Counted from the first letter of the stretch, positions 27,365 to 36,917 are shown. The stretch is 64,000 nt of DNA from an uncultured Ignavibacterium sp. (GCA_964484125.1 CAZAEK010000008.1:24868-88867), one strand, 5' to 3'. The notes: a model not told the origin generated them from the letters alone. Translations and numbers: made by a program.

Positions 27365-27826
27365 ATGAAATATTTAACATTACTTACTATTATTCTGGTT
27401 TTTATAGCTGGTTGTTCAAAAATGGAAGAAAAAAAAGAAACAACAGGCAATAAAACAATGCCCCCGGTAACAAAAGACGGAATGAATAATCCACATTCAG
27501 ACATGCCGGGAATGCAGAATAATTCAGATTCCAAAGGAAATGAACAAGCTTTAAAATTATCACAGGAAGCGTTTGAGTTTGAGAAAATTTATGAGAAAAA
27601 TAAAGACGAGAAGACTAAAAAACAGCTTATTGAAAAGCATCTTGCAGCTGCAAAAGAACTCTCTCCCTCTACCAATCCTGAACATATGAATAAGGAGACA
27701 ATCAGAACATCTTTAAAACATTTTAAAAGAGTTCTTGAACTTGAGCCGGATAATGCAGATGCAAAAGCAGGAAAGGAAGAAATAGTTCAGATGTATGAAA
27801 TGATAGGAGTTCCTTTACCGGAATAA
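27365..27826 (+). CDS. Lipoprotein with Met/His-rich N-terminal segment and helical (TPR-like) C-terminal part
   Basis: Lipobox LVFIAGC, then MPPVTKDGMNNPHSDMPGMQNN. No family recognised. Confidence 0.4.
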   Translation: MKYLTLLTIILVFIAGCSKMEEKKETTGNKTMPPVTKDGMNNPHSDMPGMQNNSDSKGNEQALKLSQEAFEFEKIYEKNKDEKTKKQLIEKHLAAAKELSPSTNPEHMNKETIRTSLKHFKRVLELEPDNADAKAGKEEIVQMYEMIGVPLPE

Positions 27827-27828
27827 TT

Positions 27829-27864
27829 AGTTTATAAAGTTTATAAAGTTCATAAAGTATAGAA
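27829..27864 (+). repeat. Four tandem 9-nt units directly upstream of ccmC
   Basis: AGTTTATAA AGTTTATAA AGTTCATAA AGTATAGAA, followed directly by the TTG start at 27865. Confidence 0.7.
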
Positions 27865-28524
27865 TTGAATATAATTTATAAATCTGCCGTTTTTATCATC
27901 ATAACAGGAGTGTTACTGGCTGCATTCTTATCGCCAATTCCAAATATACCTGCTCTTGGCGAGAAAGCAAGGATAATTTTCCTTCATGTTCCGACTGCAT
28001 GGCTTAGCGTAGTAGCTTTTTTAATTTCTATGATATATTCAGTCATATATCTTAAAAAAAGAGATATATTCGCTGATATAAAAGCATTTGCCTCGGCTGA
28101 GATCGGATTTTTATTTTGTATTCTTGCAACAGTTACAGGTTCAGTTTGGGCAAAATTCAGTTGGGGTTCTTTCTGGAACTGGGATCCGAGGGAGACTTCA
28201 ATTTTTATCCTTTTGCTTATTTATGGAGCTTATTTCTCATTAAGGTCAGCTATAGATAATCCGGAACAAAAAGCTAAACTCGCATCTGTATATTCCATTA
28301 TTGCTTTTATAACTGTACCTTTTTTCATATTTATAATGCCGCGTCTTGTTGAGACGCTTCACCCTGACCCGATTATTAACGACAGGGGCAAAATAAATAT
28401 GTCACCGAATATGCAGATAATATTTTTCAGTTCATTAGCTGGATTTACTATGCTTTTTTTCTGGATGTTAAATGTTAAGGTACGATTGGAAAATCTAAGA
28501 ATTAAAAAAATTAATATAAACTAA
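27865..28524 (+). CDS. ccmC: Haem exporter/haem-handling protein CcmC (System I cytochrome c maturation)
   Basis: Trp-rich WWD motif WGSFWNWDPRETS, flanking His residues (FLHVPTAW, ETLHPDP) and 6 TM segments. It has a TTG start. Confidence 0.8.
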   Translation: MNIIYKSAVFIIITGVLLAAFLSPIPNIPALGEKARIIFLHVPTAWLSVVAFLISMIYSVIYLKKRDIFADIKAFASAEIGFLFCILATVTGSVWAKFSWGSFWNWDPRETSIFILLLIYGAYFSLRSAIDNPEQKAKLASVYSIIAFITVPFFIFIMPRLVETLHPDPIINDRGKINMSPNMQIIFFSSLAGFTMLFFWMLNVKVRLENLRIKKININ

Positions 28525-28534
28525 AGAATAATTT

Positions 28535-28648
28535 ATGAATGATATCTATGTTGTTTTAATTATCGCTTTAATAATCTGGTTTGGATTGTTTATTTATTTA
28601 TTTATGATTGACAAAAGATTAAAAAAACTTGAAGATGAAAACAAATAA
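28535..28648 (+). CDS. ccmD: CcmD-like small membrane protein (37 aa; below the ORF-track cut-off)
   Basis: My own translation is MNDIYVVLIIALIIWFGLFIYLFMIDKRLKKLEDENK. It is a single TM followed by a basic tail, placed between ccmC and ccmE as in canonical ccm operons. Confidence 0.6.
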   Translation: MNDIYVVLIIALIIWFGLFIYLFMIDKRLKKLEDENK

Positions 28649-28654
28649 AATTTT

Positions 28655-29041
28655 ATGAATAACAGAATTAAAATAATTATAGGGGTTGTTATTGTTCTTG
28701 TCTTTGTATCCATTGGCTTTTTTAAGTTTATGGATACAAAAATTGAATACGTCAATTTTCAGGAGGCAACTGCTAAGTCAAAAGTCGTTGAAGTTAAAGG
28801 CGTATGGCTTAAAGACAAGGAAACAAAATTTGATCCTGAAAAAGCAACTTTTGAATTCTTTATGAAAGATGATTATAATACTGAAATGAAGGTAATTTAC
28901 CAGGGAGGAAAACCTAATAACTTTGAAGTTGCAGATGCAATAGTTGTTAAAGGTCAGGTAAAAAACGGCTCGTTTCATGCAAAAGAAATTCTGACAAAAT
29001 GCCCGTCTAAATACGAAGGCGACGGACAGGATGTAAAATAA
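28655..29041 (+). CDS. ccmE: Haem chaperone CcmE, CxxxY variant
   Basis: It has an N-terminal TM anchor and an OB-fold-length body. The C-terminal LTKCPSKYEG sits where HxxxY is found in canonical CcmE. Confidence 0.75.
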   Translation: MNNRIKIIIGVVIVLVFVSIGFFKFMDTKIEYVNFQEATAKSKVVEVKGVWLKDKETKFDPEKATFEFFMKDDYNTEMKVIYQGGKPNNFEVADAIVVKGQVKNGSFHAKEILTKCPSKYEGDGQDVK

Positions 29042-29067
29042 TATTTCACCATAATTTTAATCTTAAT

Positions 29068-31353
29068 ATGATAGGAAAAATTCTCGTTTATATAACATTA
29101 GCCGCAAGTTTTATATCAATTATCGGCTATGCGTTAACTTATTTCAGAAAAAATAATCTTCTTAAGATATCAAGATTATTTTTTCACATTACAGTTATAA
29201 GTGTACTGTTCGCTTCGGCTTACTTATTAAGTCTGATTTTATCTCATCAGTTCCAGTATTCCTATGTCTGGGAATATAGCAGCCGTTCACTCGGAACACC
29301 ACTTCTGATTTCCACTTTCTACGCAGGACAGGAAGGAAGTTTTTTACTCTGGGCACTTTTTGCATCAATTATCGGAATATTTCTGATAAATAATGTCTCG
29401 AAAAATTCTGATTTTGAAGCACCTGTAATGATGATTTATACATTAGTAATAGCATTCCTTGCAGTGCTTTTAGTACTGAAATCACCCTTTACTACTATCT
29501 GGGAAGCATTCCCGGGACAGGTAAAAGAAAATTATATGCCTGAGGATGGAAGAGGGCTAAACCCGATATTACAGAACTTCTGGATGGTAATACACCCGCC
29601 TATTTTATTTATCGGCTTTGCTTCACTTGCAGTACCATTTTCTTTTGCACTTGCAACCCTGTTTAATAAAAAATACAGGGAATGGGTTTACTATGTAATG
29701 CCATGGATGCTATTTGCTTCAGCTACTTTAGGCCTTGGTATTATTCTCGGAGGATATTGGTCTTATGGTGTTCTCGGCTGGGGCGGATATTGGGCATGGG
29801 ATCCGGTAGAAAATTCATCTCTGATTCCATGGCTCGTTTCAGTTGCGGCTTTGCATACTCTTATTGGTCAGAAAGCAACAGAAGGATATAAAAAAACAAA
29901 TATTATTTTATCAATTATTGCTTATCTGCTTGTACTTTATTCTACTTTTCTTACAAGAAGCGGAATACTTCAGGATGCTTCTGTTCATTCCTTTGTTAAG
30001 CCCGGAATGGAAGTATATATAGCACTTGTCCTTTTCATCTCTTCATTTGCATTAATATCTGCTATTGCGATTGCAGTAAGATTTAAGTCTCTGAGTGAAG
30101 TTGCAAAAAAAGATGCGAAAGTAAATATTCTTTCAAGAGAAGCGGTTTTGTATATCGGGGCACTGATTATTCTTGCATCAGGTGCTATTATCATTGCAGG
30201 AACAAGTTTACCTATTTTCTCCAAAAGCACAGTAGATATCAGTTTCTATAACCAGATGAATATGCCAATTGCAATTGTAATGCTCGTTTTTGCAGCAATA
30301 GCTTTTTTCCTTGATTGGAGATCAACTGACACTAAAAAGTTTCTAAATAAATTAATTACTCCGGCTGCACTTGCGCTTGTTACAACCATTATCCTTGCTA
30401 TATTTGCAATTAATGAATTAGTATATATAATATTTACATTTGTTATATTTTTTGCTTTCTTTTCCGGTTTAATAAAACTCGGAAATGTTTTCAAGGCAAA
30501 GAAATTAACTTTTGGTGCCGCAGTTGCACATATCGGACTTGCACTTTTCTTCCTCGGAATTATTGCATCTTCAAAATACAGTGAAGAAGTAAAGTTATCA
30601 CTTGAAATGGGTAAACCTGCAGAAGCTTTTGGATATTTATTCACCTATACAGGAGCAGAGCCGTTTGACGACCCTCAAAATCCAAACGATGAAAAATATT
30701 ATTTTAACATACTCGTTGAAAAAGATAATAAAGAAATGGTATTAAAGCCGGTGATGTATTTCAGTAGTTTCAATGAAGGCCTTATGAAAAATCCTGATAT
30801 AGCAAGTTTTGTTACTAAAGATATTTATCTCTCTCCGATAGAATTAATTGCTCCCCAGAAATTCAACCCCAAAGATGAACAAGCAATTGGTCAAAATGAA
30901 GAAAAAGAAATCAATGGTGTAAAAATAAAATTTATTGATTTTGACCTGAGCCAGGCACCAATGGGAAATCAGGCGGAAATGACAGATTATTCTATTTTTG
31001 CTAATGTCAGCACTACTTATAACGGAAAAACTAATCCTTTAAAACTCGAATTGAAATATGTTGGAGGAGTGCCTGAACCTGTAGAAATTAATCTTCCGCA
31101 GGATGAAAAAATTACATTAATGTTTACAGGTATGAATGTAAAAAATGAACAGAACCCGGTATCATCAGCAAAAATAGTTGTTGCAACCGAAGAAACTAAA
31201 TCAAAATTTAAAAAGCAGGAAGAAATGATGATAGCAAGTGTTGCTATAAAACCATTTATCGGAGTTTTATGGCTTGGTGCTTTTATAATGATTTTTGGTT
31301 TCTTCTATTCAATTATAAAAAGAGTCAGGGATTTGAAAAAGGTAAATAATTAA
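29068..31353 (+). CDS. ccmF: Cytochrome c haem lyase subunit CcmF
   Basis: 761 aa and polytopic, with the WWD motif WGGYWAWDPVENSSLIPW. Confidence 0.85.
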   Translation: MIGKILVYITLAASFISIIGYALTYFRKNNLLKISRLFFHITVISVLFASAYLLSLILSHQFQYSYVWEYSSRSLGTPLLISTFYAGQEGSFLLWALFASIIGIFLINNVSKNSDFEAPVMMIYTLVIAFLAVLLVLKSPFTTIWEAFPGQVKENYMPEDGRGLNPILQNFWMVIHPPILFIGFASLAVPFSFALATLFNKKYREWVYYVMPWMLFASATLGLGIILGGYWSYGVLGWGGYWAWDPVENSSLIPWLVSVAALHTLIGQKATEGYKKTNIILSIIAYLLVLYSTFLTRSGILQDASVHSFVKPGMEVYIALVLFISSFALISAIAIAVRFKSLSEVAKKDAKVNILSREAVLYIGALIILASGAIIIAGTSLPIFSKSTVDISFYNQMNMPIAIVMLVFAAIAFFLDWRSTDTKKFLNKLITPAALALVTTIILAIFAINELVYIIFTFVIFFAFFSGLIKLGNVFKAKKLTFGAAVAHIGLALFFLGIIASSKYSEEVKLSLEMGKPAEAFGYLFTYTGAEPFDDPQNPNDEKYYFNILVEKDNKEMVLKPVMYFSSFNEGLMKNPDIASFVTKDIYLSPIELIAPQKFNPKDEQAIGQNEEKEINGVKIKFIDFDLSQAPMGNQAEMTDYSIFANVSTTYNGKTNPLKLELKYVGGVPEPVEINLPQDEKITLMFTGMNVKNEQNPVSSAKIVVATEETKSKFKKQEEMMIASVAIKPFIGVLWLGAFIMIFGFFYSIIKRVRDLKKVNN

Positions 31354-31461
31354 TATTTATCTGTAATTTTGACTTTAACAATTTACCTAAGTTGTTTATT
31401 TTTCAATATGTTTTTATTTCAGGATTCTCACTTTTGAATATTAATTTTAACTTTTCATTTT

Positions 31462-32346
31462 ATGTTTAATTCCATTGTATTAGTTAAGCAGGTTCCCGAT
31501 ACCACAAATATTACCGGACAGGTAATGAAAGAGGATGGTACGGTAAACAGAGCTAAACTGCCTGCTATTTTTAATTTTGAGGATAAAGTTGCACTTGAAC
31601 TTGCGTTGAGAATAAAAGATGAATATGGAGGGAAGGTAACAGCAATAACAATGGGACCTCCGAGAGCTTCAGATATTTTAAGAGAATGTCTTTATATGGG
31701 AGCCGATGAAGTATATGCAATAAGCGACAGAAAATTTGCCGGAGCTGATACATTGGCAACGTCTTATGTACTGAGTGAAGCAATAAAAAAAATCGGTCAG
31801 TATGATTTTATATTTGCAGGCAGACAGGCAATAGACGGAGATACTGCTCAGGTTGGACCACAGACAGCAGAAAAACTTGGAATACCACAGGTAACTTATG
31901 TAGAAGAAATACTCGGGCTTTCGGAAGGTAAAGCTAAAATCAGAAAAAAAATAGACGGAGGTTTTGAAATAGTTGAAGTAAAACTACCTGTATTATTAAC
32001 GGTTATCAAGGAAGCCGCTGAGCCAAGACCTTACAGCGCCAAAAGGGTAATGCAATACAAGGGGGCTAAATCATTAATGGATTTGGAAAAACTTACTGAA
32101 GGAAATCCTTTGCTTTATATTGATTCACTTCAGCACGAATATGAAAAAAGAAATTTATTTATCCCGACACTCACAACAGATGATTTACCTGTTGACCTTT
32201 CGAGGATAGGTATAAAAGGTTCGCCTACAAAAGTTTACAAAATCGAATCTGTTGTTTTAGCAGGCGGAAATAAAGAAATAATAGAGCCGACCAAAAAGGG
32301 AATAGGTGAGCTGATAGATAAATTAATTGATGACCATATATTTTAA
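31462..32346 (+). CDS. etfB: Electron transfer flavoprotein beta subunit
   Basis: The N-terminus IVLVKQVPDT... and ...GRQAIDGDTAQVGPQ... are typical of EtfB. Confidence 0.85.
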   Translation: MFNSIVLVKQVPDTTNITGQVMKEDGTVNRAKLPAIFNFEDKVALELALRIKDEYGGKVTAITMGPPRASDILRECLYMGADEVYAISDRKFAGADTLATSYVLSEAIKKIGQYDFIFAGRQAIDGDTAQVGPQTAEKLGIPQVTYVEEILGLSEGKAKIRKKIDGGFEIVEVKLPVLLTVIKEAAEPRPYSAKRVMQYKGAKSLMDLEKLTEGNPLLYIDSLQHEYEKRNLFIPTLTTDDLPVDLSRIGIKGSPTKVYKIESVVLAGGNKEIIEPTKKGIGELIDKLIDDHIF

Positions 32347-32382
32347 TTTTTTATAATCAAGGTAACATAAAGAATTTATAAA

Positions 32383-33417
32383 ATGAGTAATAGCGGAACA
32401 AAAAATAAGCCATCTGAAGTTTGGGTATTCATTGAACAAAGAGAAGGTAAACCTGCAGATGTGAGTTTTGAGCTTTTAAGCAAGGGAAGGAAACTTGCAG
32501 ATAATATGAACGGGCTTCTGAAAGCAATAGTGATAGGGGATAACGTTTCCGGAATTGCAAAAGAATCATTCAGGTTCGGCGCAAACGAAGCTTATCTTAT
32601 TCAGCATCCTGAACTTAAACATTACAGAACTTTGCCTTATGCAAGGATACTTAATGAACTTATAGAGAAAGAAAATCCGAGGATTGTACTTTTTGGAGCT
32701 ACAATTATCGGGAGAGATCTTGCTCCAAGGGTTGCATCACATACAAAAAGCGGGCTGACAGCTGACTGCACAGATTTAAAAATTGCAGATATAACTTATC
32801 TTAACAAAGATTACAGGGAACTGCTTCTGCAGATCAGACCTGCATTTGGCGGTAATATCGTTGCAACTATTATTACTCCGGACGTATATGTTCAGATGGC
32901 AACTGTAAGAGAAGGCGTAATGGAAATGCATCAATATGAAAATCCTTTTGAAGTAAAGATTACTGAAATACCTTATGTACCGAATGAAATTGATAACCTA
33001 GTAACATTTATTGAACAGCATAGAGAAGAATCAAAAATTAATTTAAAAGCCGCACCAATAATAGTAGCAGGGGGTTACGGACTCGGAACGAAAGAGAATT
33101 TTAATTTAATATTTGAACTTGCTCATACACTCGGAGCTGAAGTCGCCGGAAGCCGTGCCGCAGTTGATGCGGGATTTATTCCACACGAAAGACAGGTAGG
33201 TCAAACAGGCGTTACCGTTCGTCCAAAGTTATACATTGCAGTTGGTATTTCCGGTGCAATTCAACACAGAGCAGGTATGCAGGAAGCTAATAAAATAATA
33301 GCAATAAACAATGACCCTGATGCACCGATCTTTGAAATTGCACATTATGGAATAGTAGGAGATGCAACAGAAATAATACCGACATTTATCGAAACTTATA
33401 AAAGTAAATTGAAATAA
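32383..33417 (+). CDS. etfA: Electron transfer flavoprotein alpha subunit
   Basis: The C-terminal FAD motif is ...GSRAAVDAGF...QVGQTG..V.PKLYIAVGISGAIQH. Confidence 0.85.
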   Translation: MSNSGTKNKPSEVWVFIEQREGKPADVSFELLSKGRKLADNMNGLLKAIVIGDNVSGIAKESFRFGANEAYLIQHPELKHYRTLPYARILNELIEKENPRIVLFGATIIGRDLAPRVASHTKSGLTADCTDLKIADITYLNKDYRELLLQIRPAFGGNIVATIITPDVYVQMATVREGVMEMHQYENPFEVKITEIPYVPNEIDNLVTFIEQHREESKINLKAAPIIVAGGYGLGTKENFNLIFELAHTLGAEVAGSRAAVDAGFIPHERQVGQTGVTVRPKLYIAVGISGAIQHRAGMQEANKIIAINNDPDAPIFEIAHYGIVGDATEIIPTFIETYKSKLK

Positions 33418-33423
33418 AATAAT

Positions 33424-35145
33424 ATGCCAAATTTTTTCACAGACAATAAAGACCTGATTTTTCAATTTGAAAGACTTGACCTTAAGGAAGTTGTGCAGAT
33501 AGCGGAAAATAATTACGAGGAATCAAAGAAATATCCTTATGCACCAACGAACTATGAAGATGCAATGGAAAATTACCGCAAAGTTCTTGAGGTAGTTGGA
33601 GATATAGCCGGAAATTATATTGATGCAAGAGCAGGAGAGGTTGATACAGAGGGTGCCCATTATAAAAACGGAGAAGTGAATTATGCTTCCGGCACTGTTG
33701 AGAATTTAAAGCAACTTTCAAAGGCAGACCTTATGGGCATGGTACTTCCGAGAAGATTTGGAGGTCTGAATTTTCCGACATCAATATATATGATGGCAAC
33801 AGAAATAATAGCCCGTGCAGATGCATCGCTTATGAATATTTTTGGTTTGCAGGATATTGGTGAGATGATTAATAAATTTGGAGATGAAAGCCAGAGGGAA
33901 GAATTTCTGCCAAAGTTCTGTACAGGCGAATATACCGGAGCTATGGCATTGACAGAACCCGATGCCGGCTCTGATTTACAGGCAGTAAAATTAACAGCAT
34001 ATCAGGATGAGAAAGGTCAGTGGTTTTTAAAAGGTGTGAAAAGATTTATTACAAACGGAAATGCCGATGTTCACCTTGTACTTGCCCGTTCTGAACCCGG
34101 TACAAAAGACGGAAGAGGTTTAAGTATGTTTGTATGTTACAGAGATAAATCTGTTGTAATCAGGCGAATTGAAAATAAACTTGGCATACACGGCTCACCC
34201 ACATGTGAACTGCAGTTTAATGACACTCCTGCATGGCTTGTTGGCAAAAGAAAATTCGGATTGATAAAATATGTTTTTGATTTAATGTTTCGTGCAAGAC
34301 TCGGAGTTTCTGCACAGGCACTTGGTATATCGCAGGCAGCTTATGAAGAAGCCCTGAAATATGCAAAAGACAGGGTTCAGTTCGGAAAGTCAATATATAA
34401 CATTCCTGCCGTAACAAACATACTGCTTGATATGAGAACTACACTCGAAACAAACCGTACTTTAATGTATGCGGCAGGTACTGCTGTTGATATAAAAGAG
34501 AAACTTGAGGAATTAGTAGAAAAGAACAAGGCAGAAGGGAAAAATGATACTGAGTTAAATGAAAGACTTAAATCAGTAACAAAGTTTGCAAATTTTGTAA
34601 CACCTCTTGCAAAATATATTTTAACCGAAAGTGCAAATAAGATAACATACGATGCACTTCAGATTCACGGAGGAACAGGATATATGAAGGAGTTCAGAGT
34701 TGAAAGACTCGCCCGTGATGCACGAATAACAAATATTTATGAAGGGACTTCACAGCTTCAGATAGTAGCGGCAATAGGTGGAGTTCTTGGTGATATATTA
34801 AAAGATATGTTTGATAAAAAGGAGAAGAAAGAATATCCCGGCGGACTTGCAAGACTCTCTGAAATACTAAAGGAAATCCGTGTAATATTTTATGACAGTT
34901 TGAAATATGTTGTGGATAAAAAAGATGTCAGTTTTCAGGATGTTGCAGCGAAAGATCTTGTTGAGCTTTATAGCTATATTTATACCGGCTGGCTGCTACT
35001 CGATGAAGCCGAAGTAAACGAAAGAAAGAAATTTATTGCAAACAGATATATAATTGAATCACTTGCAAATGCGAGAAAAAATGCAGAAAATATCAAAAAC
35101 GAACTTTTCTCTGATATACTGCATGCAGATAAAATATTAATATAA
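33424..35145 (+). CDS. Large acyl-CoA dehydrogenase (573 aa)
   Basis: Motifs read: ALTEPDAGSD, FITNG, the GIHGSPTCEL region, and QIHGGTGYMKEFRVERLARDARITNIYEGTSQLQ. Confidence 0.85.
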   Translation: MPNFFTDNKDLIFQFERLDLKEVVQIAENNYEESKKYPYAPTNYEDAMENYRKVLEVVGDIAGNYIDARAGEVDTEGAHYKNGEVNYASGTVENLKQLSKADLMGMVLPRRFGGLNFPTSIYMMATEIIARADASLMNIFGLQDIGEMINKFGDESQREEFLPKFCTGEYTGAMALTEPDAGSDLQAVKLTAYQDEKGQWFLKGVKRFITNGNADVHLVLARSEPGTKDGRGLSMFVCYRDKSVVIRRIENKLGIHGSPTCELQFNDTPAWLVGKRKFGLIKYVFDLMFRARLGVSAQALGISQAAYEEALKYAKDRVQFGKSIYNIPAVTNILLDMRTTLETNRTLMYAAGTAVDIKEKLEELVEKNKAEGKNDTELNERLKSVTKFANFVTPLAKYILTESANKITYDALQIHGGTGYMKEFRVERLARDARITNIYEGTSQLQIVAAIGGVLGDILKDMFDKKEKKEYPGGLARLSEILKEIRVIFYDSLKYVVDKKDVSFQDVAAKDLVELYSYIYTGWLLLDEAEVNERKKFIANRYIIESLANARKNAENIKNELFSDILHADKILI

Positions 35146-35170
35146 TTATAAACTATATAATAAAATTAAA

Positions 35171-35368
35171 ATGTTTTATTACAGAATTTTTGACGATAAA
35201 GACGAACTAAACTTTTTTAAGAGTTCATTTGAGTATGAGAAGATTGTTGAATTAATGCAACAATACGAGAAAGAACATCAGGAGTATTTAAACTGTGAGT
35301 TCATAGATTTTCTTAAGAAAAGGGATTCTGAGGCGGAGATTATTGAAGTAACGAATATTTATTATTAA
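35171..35368 (+). CDS. Hypothetical small acidic protein (65 aa)
   Basis: This is an ORF only. It is compactly placed after the ACAD gene and before a bidirectional terminator. Confidence 0.3.
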   Translation: MFYYRIFDDKDELNFFKSSFEYEKIVELMQQYEKEHQEYLNCEFIDFLKKRDSEAEIIEVTNIYY

Positions 35369-35374
35369 AGTATA

Positions 35375-35405
35375 AAAAGGACTGCTTTTAAAGGCAGTCC
35401 TTTTA
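35375..35405. terminator. Bidirectional terminator between convergent genes
   Basis: AAAAGGACTGC-ttttaaag-GCAGTCCTTTT, with A and T runs on either side. Confidence 0.7.
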
Positions 35406-35418
35406 ATAATTTTAATAT

Positions 35419-35787
35419 TTATTGTTTAGACCAAAGACCAATTAAATTATTATCAAGGTCTCTGAACAGTCCAAAGTATCCGGCTGATTCGCTTATAAGG
35501 GTTTTATGTTCTTCTATTTTACCTCCTAATTCAACTGCTTTTTTCAGGGTTTCTTCTATATCTTCAACCTCAATATATATTATAATTGACTGACCTGTAC
35601 TTTCGAGTTCTCTTCTTGTAAAACCGCCTCCGACTGAATTCTCCCCTGTATAGATATTCCAGTATATTGTTTTTGATGCCTGTGATAACTTAAACTCCCA
35701 GTTAAAAAGCTTAGAATAAAAATTTTTTGCTCTTTCAAAATCGCTTACTTTTATCTCAAACCATCCTATTGGGTTTTTAGACGACAT
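35419..35787 (-). CDS. VOC/glyoxalase-family protein
   Basis: 122 aa with the pattern WFEIKVSD...AKNFY...GGxF...IYIEVEDIEETLKKAVELGG, typical of the glyoxalase/bleomycin-resistance fold. Confidence 0.65.
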   Translation of the reverse strand: MSSKNPIGWFEIKVSDFERAKNFYSKLFNWEFKLSQASKTIYWNIYTGENSVGGGFTRRELESTGQSIIIYIEVEDIEETLKKAVELGGKIEEHKTLISESAGYFGLFRDLDNNLIGLWSKQ

Positions 35788-35942
35788 TTTTATTATCTCC
35801 TTTTTTATTTATAATATAAAACCAAAATATTGATTTTTTAATTCTATTTCTATGTATTTTTTTAATGGTAGTAAAATTAATCATTTATTTAATTATTTTT
35901 TTTTATACTTTCATAAGAATTTTTAACCTAAATTTTAAAAAT

Positions 35943-36866
35943 ATGAAAAAATTTTTACTCCTTCTTTTTTTATTATCAATGCCGGTTTTAGCTTTTTCCC
36001 AATACTACTCTGAAGGGTTTGAAGCTTACGATTCACTGACAATTCCTCCTGACTGGAAAGTTGTTAATAATGCAGGTTTTCCAATTGATCCATTTGCAAA
36101 CTGGACTATTCGCGATTCAGGGAAAGCATTACCAAACATTACGTACAGCATTGAAAAACGTTCAAGAGCTTATAACAGCTTAAAAGCTTTTGATATTACA
36201 TGGGGCGCCGGTATTGATACAGTTTCCGGGACACCTTCCATTAGTGATGCATGGCTTATCACAAAAAAATTTAATTACATTCCGACTGATGCTTTGTTTT
36301 CTTTTTATGCATGTGGTGGTTCTGCTTCGTATCTTGATAGCTTACAGATTTGGCTTAGCCCTACCGGTGATACAGCGCTATCAAGCTTTACAGTAAAACT
36401 ATCTACAATAGTATGGACTCCGCCTGTAGTTTATGGTAACTTTACAAATTATTTTAACGACTTATCAGCTTATGCCGGTTTAAATGTAAGATTAGCATTC
36501 AGATATTATATGAATGTTACGGTTGATGGATATGTAGTAATGCTTGACCAGGTTGAGATGTTTGGTACAATTGGCGTTAACCCCATTGGCTCGAATATTC
36601 CAAAAGAATATGCATTGCATCAAAACTATCCTAATCCGTTCAACCCGCAAACAACTATCAAATTTGATCTGGCAAAAGCTTCAAATGTAAAATTAGAAGT
36701 GTTTAATTCGCTTGGTCAGCTTGTACAGACAATTTACAATGGATTTAAACCCGCCGGCTATTATGAGGCAACTTTCAATGCGGCTTCGCTTACAAGCGGA
36801 ATTTATTTCTATAGATTAACAACCGATAATTTTGTACAGACTAAAAAAATGTCTGTTGTAAAATAA
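35943..36866 (+). CDS. Secreted protein with T9SS C-terminal sorting domain (N-terminal domain resembles that of 6560-8488)
   Basis: The internal ATG at 35943 gives the signal peptide MKKFLLLLFLLSMPVLAFSQ. The C-terminus is HQNYPNPFNPQTTIKF...GIYFYRLTTDNFVQTKKMSVVK. Confidence 0.7.
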   Translation: MKKFLLLLFLLSMPVLAFSQYYSEGFEAYDSLTIPPDWKVVNNAGFPIDPFANWTIRDSGKALPNITYSIEKRSRAYNSLKAFDITWGAGIDTVSGTPSISDAWLITKKFNYIPTDALFSFYACGGSASYLDSLQIWLSPTGDTALSSFTVKLSTIVWTPPVVYGNFTNYFNDLSAYAGLNVRLAFRYYMNVTVDGYVVMLDQVEMFGTIGVNPIGSNIPKEYALHQNYPNPFNPQTTIKFDLAKASNVKLEVFNSLGQLVQTIYNGFKPAGYYEATFNAASLTSGIYFYRLTTDNFVQTKKMSVVK

Positions 36867-36887
36867 AAAGTTTCAACTATTTAAAAA

Positions 36888-36917
36888 GGTCAGAAGAATT
36901 TCTTCTGACCTTTTTTA
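36888..36917 (+). terminator. Rho-independent terminator
   Basis: GGTCAGAAGA-att-TCTTCTGACC, followed by TTTTTT. Confidence 0.8.

Noticed and set aside
27829-27864. Tandem repeats considered as a possible CRISPR or minisatellite array.
   Set aside because: The units are only 9 nt with no spacers, and there are only four copies. This is not a CRISPR. It is kept only as a short tandem repeat.
29985-30644. Two minus-strand ORFs (81 aa and 132 aa) inside ccmF, with similar antisense ORFs in other genes (for example 11602-11925, 37497-37739, 46644-47069 and 50671-51108).
   Set aside because: They are antisense to genes with strong family motifs. No independent signals support them.
35865-35942. 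The upstream start for the T9SS cargo gene at 36 kb.
   Set aside because: The internal ATG at 35943 gives a textbook signal peptide (MKKFLLLLFLLSMPVLAFSQ). The upstream 26 codons are AT-rich promoter-like sequence.
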